This document shows positions 19,004-27,928 of a stretch of 64,000 nucleotides of DNA, one piece after another (position 1 is the first letter of the stretch; every line of letters starts with the position of its first letter). Under the pieces are notes generated by a model. It was not told the origin of the DNA and searched no databases. It was given only the letters and a program-made list of their open reading frames with translations. A program made the translations under genes and the position numbers. Source of the DNA: Dehalococcoidia bacterium (lineage in GTDB: Bacteria > Chloroflexota > Dehalococcoidia > Lucifugimonadales > JAGWBF01); contig DAOUJI010000098.1 in the NCBI GenBank assembly GCA_034422875.1, forward strand, positions 4,431 through 68,430, in the 5' to 3' direction.

Positions 19004-19735
19004 TTACGGCCTGCTCAGAGCCACGTCCCTTCTGCCATGTGTCGTCTGCGTCATTATTGAAATATAAGCTTGCAGGAACCTTTCCAAAGCACTCGCCGCT
19101 CTGGACGCCCCTGCTCCCAAAGCCATCAGAGCCGGAACATGCCAGGGATGAGTGACGGCATAAGCCAGCCCCGACACGGCCTGGCGCGCGTGTGAAACGC
19201 CTCCGATGGCCGCCACGGGCGGCGGAACACGCTGGTCTGCGGAATCCACGATCGCTCTCACGCTGATGAAAGGAACTCCGAGGCGGGATGCTTCTTTCGC
19301 AAAATAGTAGTCTTCCATGGTCACGAAAGAGGCCCCAGTGCGGTCGAACAGGTCGCGTTTGTCAGATAGAGTGCACACCGGACGGCGGGACGTATACTCG
19401 GGTAATGATCGGCAACCCGATTCCGAAGCTACGGTCTCAACGGCGTCCAGCATCTCCCGGTCGCACCCGATTGGAGGACCGCCCTCTTCATGAATCCGGG
19501 TTGCTGTCACCAAGTCCCCCGGCTTGAGGGACGGGTCCAAGCCTCCGGCGAACCCGAACGCCATGATGCAGTCCACGTTCTGTGAAGCCTCAGTCAACTG
19601 CGGCAATGAAAAGCCCGAGGGCCACGGCCCCACTCCGGTGACGATCGATTCGGCATCTACGTCGGCCAAAGCGAGTCCCCGTCGAAGGACCCTCTCCTCC
19701 CGCACCATCGGCGTCAAGAATACAGTTCGAGACAT
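19004..19735 (-). CDS. hpnG: Hopanoid-associated phosphorylase/nucleosidase (PNP/UDP family)
   Basis: 243 aa with a PNP_UDP-like pattern (AFGFAGGL...). 1-nt gap to hpnA and 3-nt gap to hpnH. Confidence 0.7.
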   Translation of the reverse strand: MSRTVFLTPMVREERVLRRGLALADVDAESIVTGVGPWPSGFSLPQLTEASQNVDCIMAFGFAGGLDPSLKPGDLVTATRIHEEGGPPIGCDREMLDAVETVASESGCRSLPEYTSRRPVCTLSDKRDLFDRTGASFVTMEDYYFAKEASRLGVPFISVRAIVDSADQRVPPPVAAIGGVSHARQAVSGLAYAVTHPWHVPALMALGAGASRAASALERFLQAYISIMTQTTHGRRDVALSRP

Positions 19736-19738
19736 ACG

Positions 19739-20827
19739 CTACCCGGCCGTAATCCCGCTCTTGCCGACAGCGCCGGACTTGATGAGGGTTACCCAATCCC
19801 TGGGACTGCTGACTGCGTTGAAGATGGTGGCCGACTCGAACCCGCAGTGCATCATGCATCCGGAGCACCTCGGGTCCCGTCCCACACCGTATTTCTCGTT
19901 CCACAACGAGGCGTCGTAAAGCTCGTCCACGTTCTGCACGTGCTCATCGGCCAGGGGATAGCAAGGCTTCCTCCAACCCATCACTGTGTAGGTCGGGTTC
20001 GACCAGGCGGTGCATTGGTATTCCCGCTTTCCCCGCAGGAAATCCAGGTAGATGGGGTTGTTGTACATCTTCAGGCCCTTGATGGCCCTTTCGTCCAGGA
20101 TTTCCTTAAAGGCGTCGTTGGATTCCTTTCTTGTGAGGAAGATGTCGTGGTCCGGGGCGTGGGTGTAGTCGTAGCCCGGCGACACCATGCAGCCTTCCAC
20201 GCCCAAGTCAGTCATCTTCTTGAAGAGGGTGTGCATGTCGTCCACGTCCACTCCCCGGTAGATGGTGGAGTTGGTGCATACCCGGTAACCCGAATCGAGA
20301 GCGACTTCGATGGCTTTGAGGGCCCTCTTGAAGACGCCCTTCCGGGCCACCGCCTCGTCATGTTTCTCTTCCATACCGTCCATGTGGACGACCCATGAGA
20401 GGTACTTGGAAGGCGGCACTTTCTTCATGACTCTTTCGAGGAGCAGTCCGTTGGTGCAGCAGTAGACGAAATACTTTCGCCGTACCAGCTCGTTGATAAT
20501 CTCGTCTATCTTGGGATGGATGGTGGGTTCTCCACCGGCTATAGAGACGATGGGGGCGCCCGACTCCTCAACGGCCCTGACGCACTCGTCGACGTCCATC
20601 ATCTTGTCCATTACAGGCTTGTACTCGTGGATGCGGCCACACCCAACGCAGGCCAGGTTGCACATCTCCAACGGTTCGAGCATCGTCACTAAGGGAAACC
20701 GCTTCTTTCCCTTTAGGCGGTTGCTGACCATGTACCAAGCCAACTTGACGGACATTACCATCGGCCTGGAAGCCCGTTTCCTAGGGCGAACGTCTATCTC
20801 TTCCTGAAGTTCTTCAACCGCCTTCAA
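19739..20827 (-). CDS. hpnH: Adenosyl-hopene transferase (radical SAM)
   Basis: 362 aa. Radical-SAM CNLACVGCG (CxxxCxxC) and conserved HpnH-like length and C-terminus. Confidence 0.88.
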   Translation of the reverse strand: MKAVEELQEEIDVRPRKRASRPMVMSVKLAWYMVSNRLKGKKRFPLVTMLEPLEMCNLACVGCGRIHEYKPVMDKMMDVDECVRAVEESGAPIVSIAGGEPTIHPKIDEIINELVRRKYFVYCCTNGLLLERVMKKVPPSKYLSWVVHMDGMEEKHDEAVARKGVFKRALKAIEVALDSGYRVCTNSTIYRGVDVDDMHTLFKKMTDLGVEGCMVSPGYDYTHAPDHDIFLTRKESNDAFKEILDERAIKGLKMYNNPIYLDFLRGKREYQCTAWSNPTYTVMGWRKPCYPLADEHVQNVDELYDASLWNEKYGVGRDPRCSGCMMHCGFESATIFNAVSSPRDWVTLIKSGAVGKSGITAG

Positions 20828-20848
20828 TGCATACGCTCCATCAACGAA

Positions 20849-21988
20849 TTATGACTGACGTTCCACCAGGAACTCAGCCATTTGCTCCAGTTCTCTCATA
20901 GCCCAGGGACTCAGACCAGCCTCCCTCGCGTGTCCAAGCGCCAGCCCGGCAGCCCTGCGGGTGTCCGACATGGAATATTCTTCAGCATTCAGTTCTGACA
21001 GAACATCAAGGACGTCGTCCACGTCCCGTTCGTCCACTTCCTCACCGCTGTACACTTCCATTAGCCTCTTTAAGGCCGGACCTTCCGCTGTTCCCAAGGC
21101 AAAGACTATAGGGAAGGACTTCTTCTTCCTTCTGATGTCGTTGCCCACAGACTTGCCGGTGTTGATCTCGTCTCCCCAGATGCCCAGGTGGTCGTCCCGT
21201 ATCTGGAAGGCGCGCCCCAGGTAAGCCCCCATCTGGGCGAAATGGTGCACGGAGTCCTCGTCGTCAGTCCCTATCAGCGCCCCCATCTCCATGCCGCACC
21301 TGATAAGGGCGCCGGTCTTGCAGGCGATCATCCCAAGATAGTCTTCCAACCTGATGTCCAGACGCCCCTCGAAGGACAGGTCCATGCATTGTCCTCGAAT
21401 CATGTCCAGGTACGCCTGTGTCAGCAAACTGGAGGCCCTGAGGACTTTTTGCTCGGGCAGTCCCGCTCCCCTTAGAGCAGACATATCCGCCAGAGAACGC
21501 ATGGCGTTTCCGGCCGTGATGGCCTGGGGCTGCCCCCACAAGACCCAGAGTGTTGGCCTGTGCCTCCGCTCCGTGTCTCCATCTTGTATGTCGTCGTGGA
21601 TAAGTGAAAAATTATGGACTAATTCAAGAGCGACTGCGGCGGGCATTGCCTGTTCCCAGCCGCCCGAATAGGCCTCGCAGGAGAACAGGCAAAGGGTGGG
21701 CCTGAGGGCCTTCCCAGCCGAAACCCGCTCTTCCAACAACTCTCCCTCTTCGTTCGCCCAACCCAGATGGTAGAGCATCATCGTGTAAAGGTCGGAGGCG
21801 TCGCCGCCTGAATCGTTCACTGGAGCGATCGAACGTCGGATTGCAATCTCCAGGTCCTCGTTGTAGCGAGAAAAGAACGAAGGAACGGAAGGCCCTACAA
21901 CGCCTTCCGCGCCGGACTTTGCTGTCTTAACCCTACCCACTCCAGCCATAAGATGTCCCAGAAAGGGATACATCGCAAGACGATGCAC
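20849..21988 (-). CDS. Polyprenyl diphosphate synthase family protein (chain length unresolved)
   Basis: 379-aa ORF. First Asp-rich motif LIHDDIQD, second IRDDHLG. The start codon is uncertain (N-terminal extension). First gene of the hopanoid cluster. Confidence 0.8.
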   Translation of the reverse strand: MHRLAMYPFLGHLMAGVGRVKTAKSGAEGVVGPSVPSFFSRYNEDLEIAIRRSIAPVNDSGGDASDLYTMMLYHLGWANEEGELLEERVSAGKALRPTLCLFSCEAYSGGWEQAMPAAVALELVHNFSLIHDDIQDGDTERRHRPTLWVLWGQPQAITAGNAMRSLADMSALRGAGLPEQKVLRASSLLTQAYLDMIRGQCMDLSFEGRLDIRLEDYLGMIACKTGALIRCGMEMGALIGTDDEDSVHHFAQMGAYLGRAFQIRDDHLGIWGDEINTGKSVGNDIRRKKKSFPIVFALGTAEGPALKRLMEVYSGEEVDERDVDDVLDVLSELNAEEYSMSDTRRAAGLALGHAREAGLSPWAMRELEQMAEFLVERQS

Positions 21989-22096
21989 GAAAGGTTAACA
22001 AAGGGGGCGCCCGCTGTCAAGCCCAATTAATTCGAACAAACGCAGGCTGTTCGTTCTTGACCGCGTGTGTCAGGGATCAGGAAGTGAAGACTGGAG

Positions 22097-22173
22097 CGTA
22101 GGGGCGACCCTTGTGGTCGCCCTCAGGTGTTGTCCAGTCGGGGGACAGGGCAACCACGAGGGTTGCCCCTACG
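22097..22173. repeat. Inverted pair of 25-nt hairpin units (REP-like intergenic element)
   Basis: GTAGGGGCGACCCTTGTGGTCGCCC (22098-22122) matches the reverse complement of 22148-22172 (GTAGGGGCAACCCTCGTGGTTGCCC). Each unit is itself an 8-bp hairpin (GGGCGACC/GGTCGCCC and GGGCAACC/GGTTGCCC). The differences between the two copies are compensatory within the stems. Confidence 0.7.
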
Positions 22174-22259
22174 ACGATACGCGCTGGTGTGCAAGGATTT
22201 CAGATTCCTCACACCGCTCCGCTAGGTTCGGAATGACATTAAGAGGAGCAGGAGATCCT

Positions 22260-23312
22260 CTACGGCTGGCCTATGACGTCTTCCAGCTTGTGCTGCTCCA
22301 CCAGCTCCCATATCTCAGCCCAAGTGTCGTCCTCGATATAGATTCCGTCCCGGCGGCGTTGCTGTTCGTTTTTGTGCTCAATCTCCCCCGGATAGAGCAC
22401 TTCTGTGAATCCCTTGGCTGGAGGCGTCTGCTTGACGTATTCGCCGAACTCCTTCAGGTCCTTCTTGAACACGTCCAGCGGACGGAAGGCATTCACGTCA
22501 AAGCAGGCCAGGAAGCAGCCGTCGTTGTGCTTTCCCTGGGGGTCTATGCCGAAACCCAGGCCCGTCAGGACCGCCGAGAGAGTCTCTACCATGAAGGAGA
22601 GGCCGTAGCCCTTGTGGCCCTGGTCTCCTCCCAGGGGCAGAATCGCCCCGCCCTGGGCGTGGTCCACTGGATTGGTGGTGGGGTTGCCCTCTTTGTCGAT
22701 AATCCAACCTAGGGGCACCTGCTCCCGCCGGTTGCGGGCCAGGGCGACCTTGCCTCCGGCCACCGCGCTGGTGGCCATGTCCAACAGCACCGTTCCCTCA
22801 AGGTCGCTGGGCATCGCCATGCAGATGGGGTTCGTCCCCAGCCGCCGCTCACGGCCGCCAAAGGGAGCAACGGACTTGGGCCCGCGGCCAGAGTCGGCGG
22901 TGATCATGCCGATCATCCCCTCGGCCGCTGCCATGGTTGGATAGGCCCCCAGGCGTCCTATGTGGCTCTGGTAGCGGATGGTCATGGCCGAGACGCCGTT
23001 GGCCTTGGCCTTCTCAATAGCCATGCCCATGGCGCGCTCAGTAACGACGAACCCGAAACCCCAGTTGCCGTTGATGCGGGCCGTGGTGGGAGTCTCGTGC
23101 TCAATTTCGAATGGAGCGCCTGGAACGATGTGCCCCTTGTGGATTCGCTCCACGTACTCTGGGATGTGTATCACGCCGTGGGAGTCGTGCCCCACGAGAT
23201 TAGCCCAAATCTGGTGCTTGGCCACGGTGCGGGCTTCTTCTTCCGGCACGCCTTCTGCGACGTAGATGTGGAAGGTCATCTTTTCTAGATAGTCATGGGG
23301 AAACACAGGCAT
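22260..23312 (-). CDS. Ldh_2 family oxidoreductase (malate/L-lactate/sulfolactate dehydrogenase type 2)
   Basis: 350 aa. Pattern ...HDSHGV..IPEY... and ...GGDQGHKGYGLSFMVE... is typical of the Ldh_2 family. Confidence 0.8.
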   Translation of the reverse strand: MPVFPHDYLEKMTFHIYVAEGVPEEEARTVAKHQIWANLVGHDSHGVIHIPEYVERIHKGHIVPGAPFEIEHETPTTARINGNWGFGFVVTERAMGMAIEKAKANGVSAMTIRYQSHIGRLGAYPTMAAAEGMIGMITADSGRGPKSVAPFGGRERRLGTNPICMAMPSDLEGTVLLDMATSAVAGGKVALARNRREQVPLGWIIDKEGNPTTNPVDHAQGGAILPLGGDQGHKGYGLSFMVETLSAVLTGLGFGIDPQGKHNDGCFLACFDVNAFRPLDVFKKDLKEFGEYVKQTPPAKGFTEVLYPGEIEHKNEQQRRRDGIYIEDDTWAEIWELVEQHKLEDVIGQP

Positions 23313-23483
23313 GTCCGTCTCCTTATGAGGGGATTTCCCGATTCTGCTCCGCCTGCGGGAAGTCTATAATGCCGCCCACCCTTTGTCCACATGAGGCCCG
23401 CTGTGTCCCCAAGGGTCGGGCCTCAGGAGGAACCCCTCAAACGGCGGATGTTCGGTTTCGGCTGCCTGCCATGCGAGAAGGAA

Positions 23484-24257
23484 TCAATGCGCTACGCCAG
23501 CTAGCCTACCAATATCTGTAGGAGCTTTCTCCCGAAAATCGTTCAAGACCGGATACTGGGTGTCGGCGTTTCTGGTAAGGTAGAGCCTCTCCTTTGTCCC
23601 CAATTCTTCGAAGTTTTCGTGAACTACGAGACTAATAAATGACAGGGGCTCCTTCTGGAACTCTAGCAGGGCTATGGCCACGTTCTTTGCTTTATCGTTG
23701 CCCAACACACCGAAGACGTAGAAGGACCGCCTATTGTGCGTTAGACGCCAGTCCACACTGATGGGATATTCAGCTAGGGGAGAATGGTCGGCGATTGGGT
23801 TAAATTGAGTCAGTTCAGTTGTGACGTATTCCTTCAAATCATCGTAAAATGCGCTGCGAACCGTCTCTCTTGTCCAATATCGCATATTACACACTTTTTG
23901 CGCACAGCCCGCAAACTGCAGAATACTTTCGTACAGCGTCTCCAGAGCGGCGTCCAGATACAGATTCCCGTCGGCATTCAGGACCCTATTGTTAATAAGA
24001 ATACTGTCGAAAATCTTCTGCTTCGTGGGAGTGTTAATATCGTAGCTGTAGGAGAGACGCATGAGTGTCATCCCGAAGTCGCAAATGCGAACGTGTCCCT
24101 CGCCTCGAGGGCTGTCCTGCAGATAGATGTCCACCATGTCCCCGTCTTCGTGGAGTATCGGCACAATCAACTGATATTGTCCCGGGCGACGCTGGTAAAT
24201 ATCAAAGCTTGCCGCCACCGTGCCATTGAGTAAGGCTCTTATGCTATCAGTGTCCAT
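23484..24257 (-). CDS. Hypothetical protein (reminiscent of DUF1828/DUF1829-type proteins; recollection only)
   Basis: 257-aa ORF in a visibly lower-GC stretch. Its ATG (24257) lies inside the 3' end of the upstream frameshifted gene (ATGGACACTGA overlap). Confidence 0.6.
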   Translation of the reverse strand: MDTDSIRALLNGTVAASFDIYQRRPGQYQLIVPILHEDGDMVDIYLQDSPRGEGHVRICDFGMTLMRLSYSYDINTPTKQKIFDSILINNRVLNADGNLYLDAALETLYESILQFAGCAQKVCNMRYWTRETVRSAFYDDLKEYVTTELTQFNPIADHSPLAEYPISVDWRLTHNRRSFYVFGVLGNDKAKNVAIALLEFQKEPLSFISLVVHENFEELGTKERLYLTRNADTQYPVLNDFREKAPTDIGRLAGVAH

Positions 24258-24740
24258 TGAAAAGCCTACCTTGCTGCAATTCAGGGAAATATTCGTTGTA
24301 ATTGGTCACGCCAATATCAACAAAGAAAGCCCTTAGGGCCGTTTCAAAAGTGGTGTATCGGTCAGTGATTTCTCTGTGCGACGCTTGCGGTTTGCTGCTT
24401 CCAGACTCTATTTCGACTGCCGTGATACGGTGGACATGCGGCTTGGCAAAGTGGCCGTCCGTCTGCTCTGTTCTCCATGTGGGCCGTTGTAGCGAACAAG
24501 AGTTATGGCACCCAACGTTGGGTCGTTGGTTTGAAAATCCAGTCCGATGGAATAGTTTTCAATGAAGTTAGTGTTCTGACGAATGAATGCTGTGAACTTT
24601 ACCCTAGGGTCCGCAACGGTTGCCAATTCCAAGTCACAACGCCTATGGGAATCCCTCTCTCTGTATCCTCTGATCGGAGCCTTACTTATGATCGTCTTGG
24701 GGAGAGCTGTCAACTCTTCAATTTGCTGATCGGTTAACAT
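24247..24740 (-). pseudogene. Frameshifted (or mis-assembled) conserved hypothetical gene, about 163 aa if repaired
   Basis: The called ORF 24408..24740 ends ...LVRYNGPHGEQSRRTATL...*. A different frame continues open as ...TDGHFAKPHVHRITAVEIESGSSKPQASHREITDRYTTFETALRAFFVDIGVTNYNEYFPELQQGRLFNGH* down to the TGA at 24247-24249. That continuation has no start codon of its own. Confidence 0.6.
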
Positions 24741-24778
24741 GGCCTGTCTATGTTCTGGGACATGATGTTACAACCACC

Positions 24779-24808
24779 ATAATACTTTCATTGTCGGGGA
24801 GGTTTCAA
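24779..24808 (-). promoter_or_regulatory. Sigma70-like promoter for the 24740->23484 operon
   Basis: Minus strand reads TTGAAA (24808-24803), an 18-nt spacer, then TATTAT (24784-24779), about 35 nt upstream of the ATG at 24740. An A/T-rich tract (AAAAAAAA) lies just upstream. Confidence 0.4.
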
Positions 24809-25041
24809 AAAAAAGGAAGTCTGTAGTCCCGTATTTTCGTACATTCAAAGAGATGTTTTCCTCTAGACGGTGGAGTCTATTGCATCCCACCCTCCGCATC
24901 GGGTTACGTTGCTCGTCCACATACTCTCCTATGGTTAGCTCGTTGCTCTATGTCGTCAAGTCTGGACAGTTGGGCCTTCAACGCAGGCTTTGACGCTGTA
25001 TGGGCAGACTGCTACTATGGACTTAGCCCCTCGTTTCTACC

Positions 25042-25644
25042 ATGCAGCTAATTCTTGTTCGACACGCCGAAACAGCCTGGAACCGGGACAACAAGTTCCT
25101 GGGAGCCACCGATGTGGAGCTTACTGACGAGGGAATCCAGCAAGCTGGCATGGTCGCTGGAGCCGTGGCCAAACTCAAGCCAGACTGCCTCATAAGCAGC
25201 CCCTTACTGAGAGCCAGGATGACCGCAGGCGCCATAGCGGAGAGGGCTGGCCTGTGTCCGTCAACTATGGACGAACTGACGGAAATCAACCTGGGAGACC
25301 TGGAAGGGCTGGAAGGCCGCGATATGAGGGAGCAATATCCCGACCTGCTGGACCAGTGGAGGAGCGACCCGTCCCCAGTATGCTTCCCAGCTGGGGAGTG
25401 CATGACAGAACTGCAGACCCGGGTGATAGCCACGATAGAGAGCTTGGAGCAAAACTACGCGGGGAAGACCGTGGCCGTAGTGACCCATAACTTCCCCATC
25501 AAAGTCGCACTGCTAGCCTACCTCGGCCTGCCTCTCTCCGGGTTCCACCGGCTCAACGTCGACCTGGCCTCCATCTCCGTTGTATCCAGCAAGTCCGGCG
25601 CCCGGCAGGTCATCAGGCTGAACGACACCTCCCACATCGACTAA
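25042..25644 (+). CDS. Histidine phosphatase family protein (phosphoglycerate mutase / alpha-ribazole phosphatase-like)
   Basis: 200 aa. N-terminal LILVRHAETAWN (RHG motif) and a later THNFPIK region. Confidence 0.85.
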   Translation: MQLILVRHAETAWNRDNKFLGATDVELTDEGIQQAGMVAGAVAKLKPDCLISSPLLRARMTAGAIAERAGLCPSTMDELTEINLGDLEGLEGRDMREQYPDLLDQWRSDPSPVCFPAGECMTELQTRVIATIESLEQNYAGKTVAVVTHNFPIKVALLAYLGLPLSGFHRLNVDLASISVVSSKSGARQVIRLNDTSHID

Positions 25645-25665
25645 GAGATAGGAGACCCCTCCCCA

Positions 25666-27099
25666 GTGTCCTCCCTGGAGGCCAGAGTCAAAGCAGCCCT
25701 TCACAGGGCGCACTATGCCTCCGGCGGCGTCAAGCTGGTTGTTGCGGTTTCCGGCGGCCCTGACTCCATGGCCCTCATGCACCTTCTGGCGTCGCTGCGG
25801 GACACGGCACGTCTGGAACTCCATATAGCCCACCTTAACCATGACTTCAGGGGAGAAGAGGCCTTTGTCGACGCACGGTTTGTGGCCGACGCCTCCGAAG
25901 CCCTGGGACTGCCCTGCACCGTCGAAGAGGACGACCCGGAAGCGTACCGGCAGGAGTCGGGCGTCAGTTCCTTTGAAGAGGCGGCCAGGGAACTGCGTTA
26001 CCGCTTCCTGGCCCGAGTCGCGGAAAACGAGGGGTCCAAGGCGGTGGCCGTGGGGCACACCGCCGACGACCTTGCCGAAACAGTCCTGATGCACCTAATC
26101 AGGGGATCTGGCCTCCATGGCCTGCGAGGCATGGAGGAGGTATCGCCTTGGGTCAGCCGCTCAGGCGCCCACCAAACGACCCTCTTCCGCCCACTGCTGG
26201 GCGCCTCCAAGCGGGAGACTGCTGACTACTGCATGGAAAACGGCATCGTGGTCAGAAAGGACCTTGGAAATGCCCTGCCCCGGTTCACCCGCAACAGAGT
26301 ACGGGGAGAACTGATGCCCGCCCTGGCCGAATACAACCCGCGCATCATCGAGTCTCTGAACCGGCTGTCCGAGACCTCAACACTAGTGATTGACTACCTG
26401 GAGAGCCAGGTTGACGTGCTCTGGGAACGGTGCATCAAAGGGGACGGCGGATGGCTCGTGATGGACGCTAACGTCCTGGCGGAGGAGCATCCCCTGGCAG
26501 CAAGACTGCTGATGCGGAGGGCCTATCTGGAACTAGCGGGAGACCCACGGCGGCTTTACCGGTCCCACGTCAGGGACATGGCTAACCTGATCGATGCCCC
26601 TCCCGGCAAGAGCATCCGCCTGCCCCGGGGCCTCTATCTCCATAGAAGCTACGACAGCTTGTGGATGGGAACCGGAGCGGAGATTCCGTGCCCCTTTCCT
26701 GAGCTCCACGACGAGACCCGACTATCCCTCCCTCAATTAGGCAGAGACGTAACGCTGGATGTCTCGGGATGGCAGCTCGAAATGGCCCGGACAGACGGGA
26801 CCAATGGGCCGTCTACGGAACCGTTCACCGTCGACCTGGACCCAGAATCTCTCGGCAGCGAGCCCATCGTCATACGCACTCGAAAGCCAGGCGACCGGTT
26901 TCAGCCGCAGGGCATGGAACAATCCAAGAAGCTCCAGGACTTCTTCGTAGACCAGAAAGTCCCACGGGCGTGGCGCGACAGGACGCCGCTGGTGGTTACA
27001 GAGCGGGCCATAGCCTGGGTGGTTGGACACCGGGTCGCCGAGTGGGCGAAAAGCCGTCCCGGCAGACCGACGCTGCGGATGTCTTTCAGAGCCCCATAA
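25666..27099 (+). CDS. tilS: tRNA(Ile)-lysidine synthetase
   Basis: 477 aa. PP-loop VAVSGGPDSMAL and a C-terminal TilS substrate-binding-like region (RTRKPGDRFQPQGM...KLQDFFVDQKVP). Confidence 0.9.
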   Translation: MSSLEARVKAALHRAHYASGGVKLVVAVSGGPDSMALMHLLASLRDTARLELHIAHLNHDFRGEEAFVDARFVADASEALGLPCTVEEDDPEAYRQESGVSSFEEAARELRYRFLARVAENEGSKAVAVGHTADDLAETVLMHLIRGSGLHGLRGMEEVSPWVSRSGAHQTTLFRPLLGASKRETADYCMENGIVVRKDLGNALPRFTRNRVRGELMPALAEYNPRIIESLNRLSETSTLVIDYLESQVDVLWERCIKGDGGWLVMDANVLAEEHPLAARLLMRRAYLELAGDPRRLYRSHVRDMANLIDAPPGKSIRLPRGLYLHRSYDSLWMGTGAEIPCPFPELHDETRLSLPQLGRDVTLDVSGWQLEMARTDGTNGPSTEPFTVDLDPESLGSEPIVIRTRKPGDRFQPQGMEQSKKLQDFFVDQKVPRAWRDRTPLVVTERAIAWVVGHRVAEWAKSRPGRPTLRMSFRAP

Positions 27100-27928
27100 G
27101 CCGGGACGGGTTGTCCTTGACCATCAAACCGACTTCCACGTCTTCAAGGCCCGCTTCCAGCAGGGTGGCGATGCCCATGCGCATCCCCTCAGGCGGCATG
27201 GGATGGAAGGCCTGGCCAAAGTCGGAGCTTATGATGCAATGTTCGGCTCCGATGGCCCTGATGGTCTCAGCTAATTGTTTGACCTCCATGCCGAACCCCA
27301 AGGGCATCATGACGTGGACGCAGTGCTCAATGTAGGCCCCCTTGGCCGCCAGGGCTATCATATCCTCGGTGGTCATGCCAGTCATAACCGTCATGGAAGT
27401 GCCGTGGGTTACGACCACCCGGTTGATGCCCATAGCCCTTGCCTCATCCACCAGTACCATGGATTCTTGCGTCGAAAGGTGGCCGGTCCCCAAAGCCATG
27501 TCATGGGCTTTGACCGATTCGAGAACCGGATAGACCTCCGGGACCAGCTTTCCCTCCTGGTCCAATATGCATATTCCGCCCGGCAGCCCCTTGCGCCGCT
27601 TGTCCGCCTGGGATGCGAAGGTGGGCATCCAGACCATTCGTGAGCCCATCCTGGCCGATGCTTCCACTGCGGCGGCGTTTATGCCTCCCACCTCTTCGTC
27701 CAGGCATACTCCTCCCATGAGAGATATTCCCGGGACGACCTTGCTTACGGTGAACGCCACAGGGTGGGTTGGGTACTCGTGGCTCTTCAACACCAGGCCC
27801 CTCATGCCCATGTCTTTGGCCATTTGAGCTATCTCGAGGGCGTCGCCACGCCGCTCCACTCTGGGGTCTGGATCGAAGTGGACATGGATATCCACCGAGT
27901 CTTCCATGAGGCGGTCAATAGAGGCCAT
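27086..27928 (-). CDS. Amidohydrolase-fold (TIM-barrel metal-dependent hydrolase-like) protein of unknown specificity
   Basis: 280 aa. N-terminal DIHVHFDPD (HxH metal motif), with later H and D residues spaced as in amidohydrolase-superfamily proteins. Convergent 14-nt overlap with the tilS end. Confidence 0.6.
   Translation of the reverse strand: MASIDRLMEDSVDIHVHFDPDPRVERRGDALEIAQMAKDMGMRGLVLKSHEYPTHPVAFTVSKVVPGISLMGGVCLDEEVGGINAAAVEASARMGSRMVWMPTFASQADKRRKGLPGGICILDQEGKLVPEVYPVLESVKAHDMALGTGHLSTQESMVLVDEARAMGINRVVVTHGTSMTVMTGMTTEDMIALAAKGAYIEHCVHVMMPLGFGMEVKQLAETIRAIGAEHCIISSDFGQAFHPMPPEGMRMGIATLLEAGLEDVEVGLMVKDNPSRLMGL

Noticed and set aside
22065-22712. 215-aa plus-strand ORF
   Set aside because: It starts by translating the REP-like hairpin repeats and continues antisense to the Ldh_2 gene. 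It is not a credible gene.
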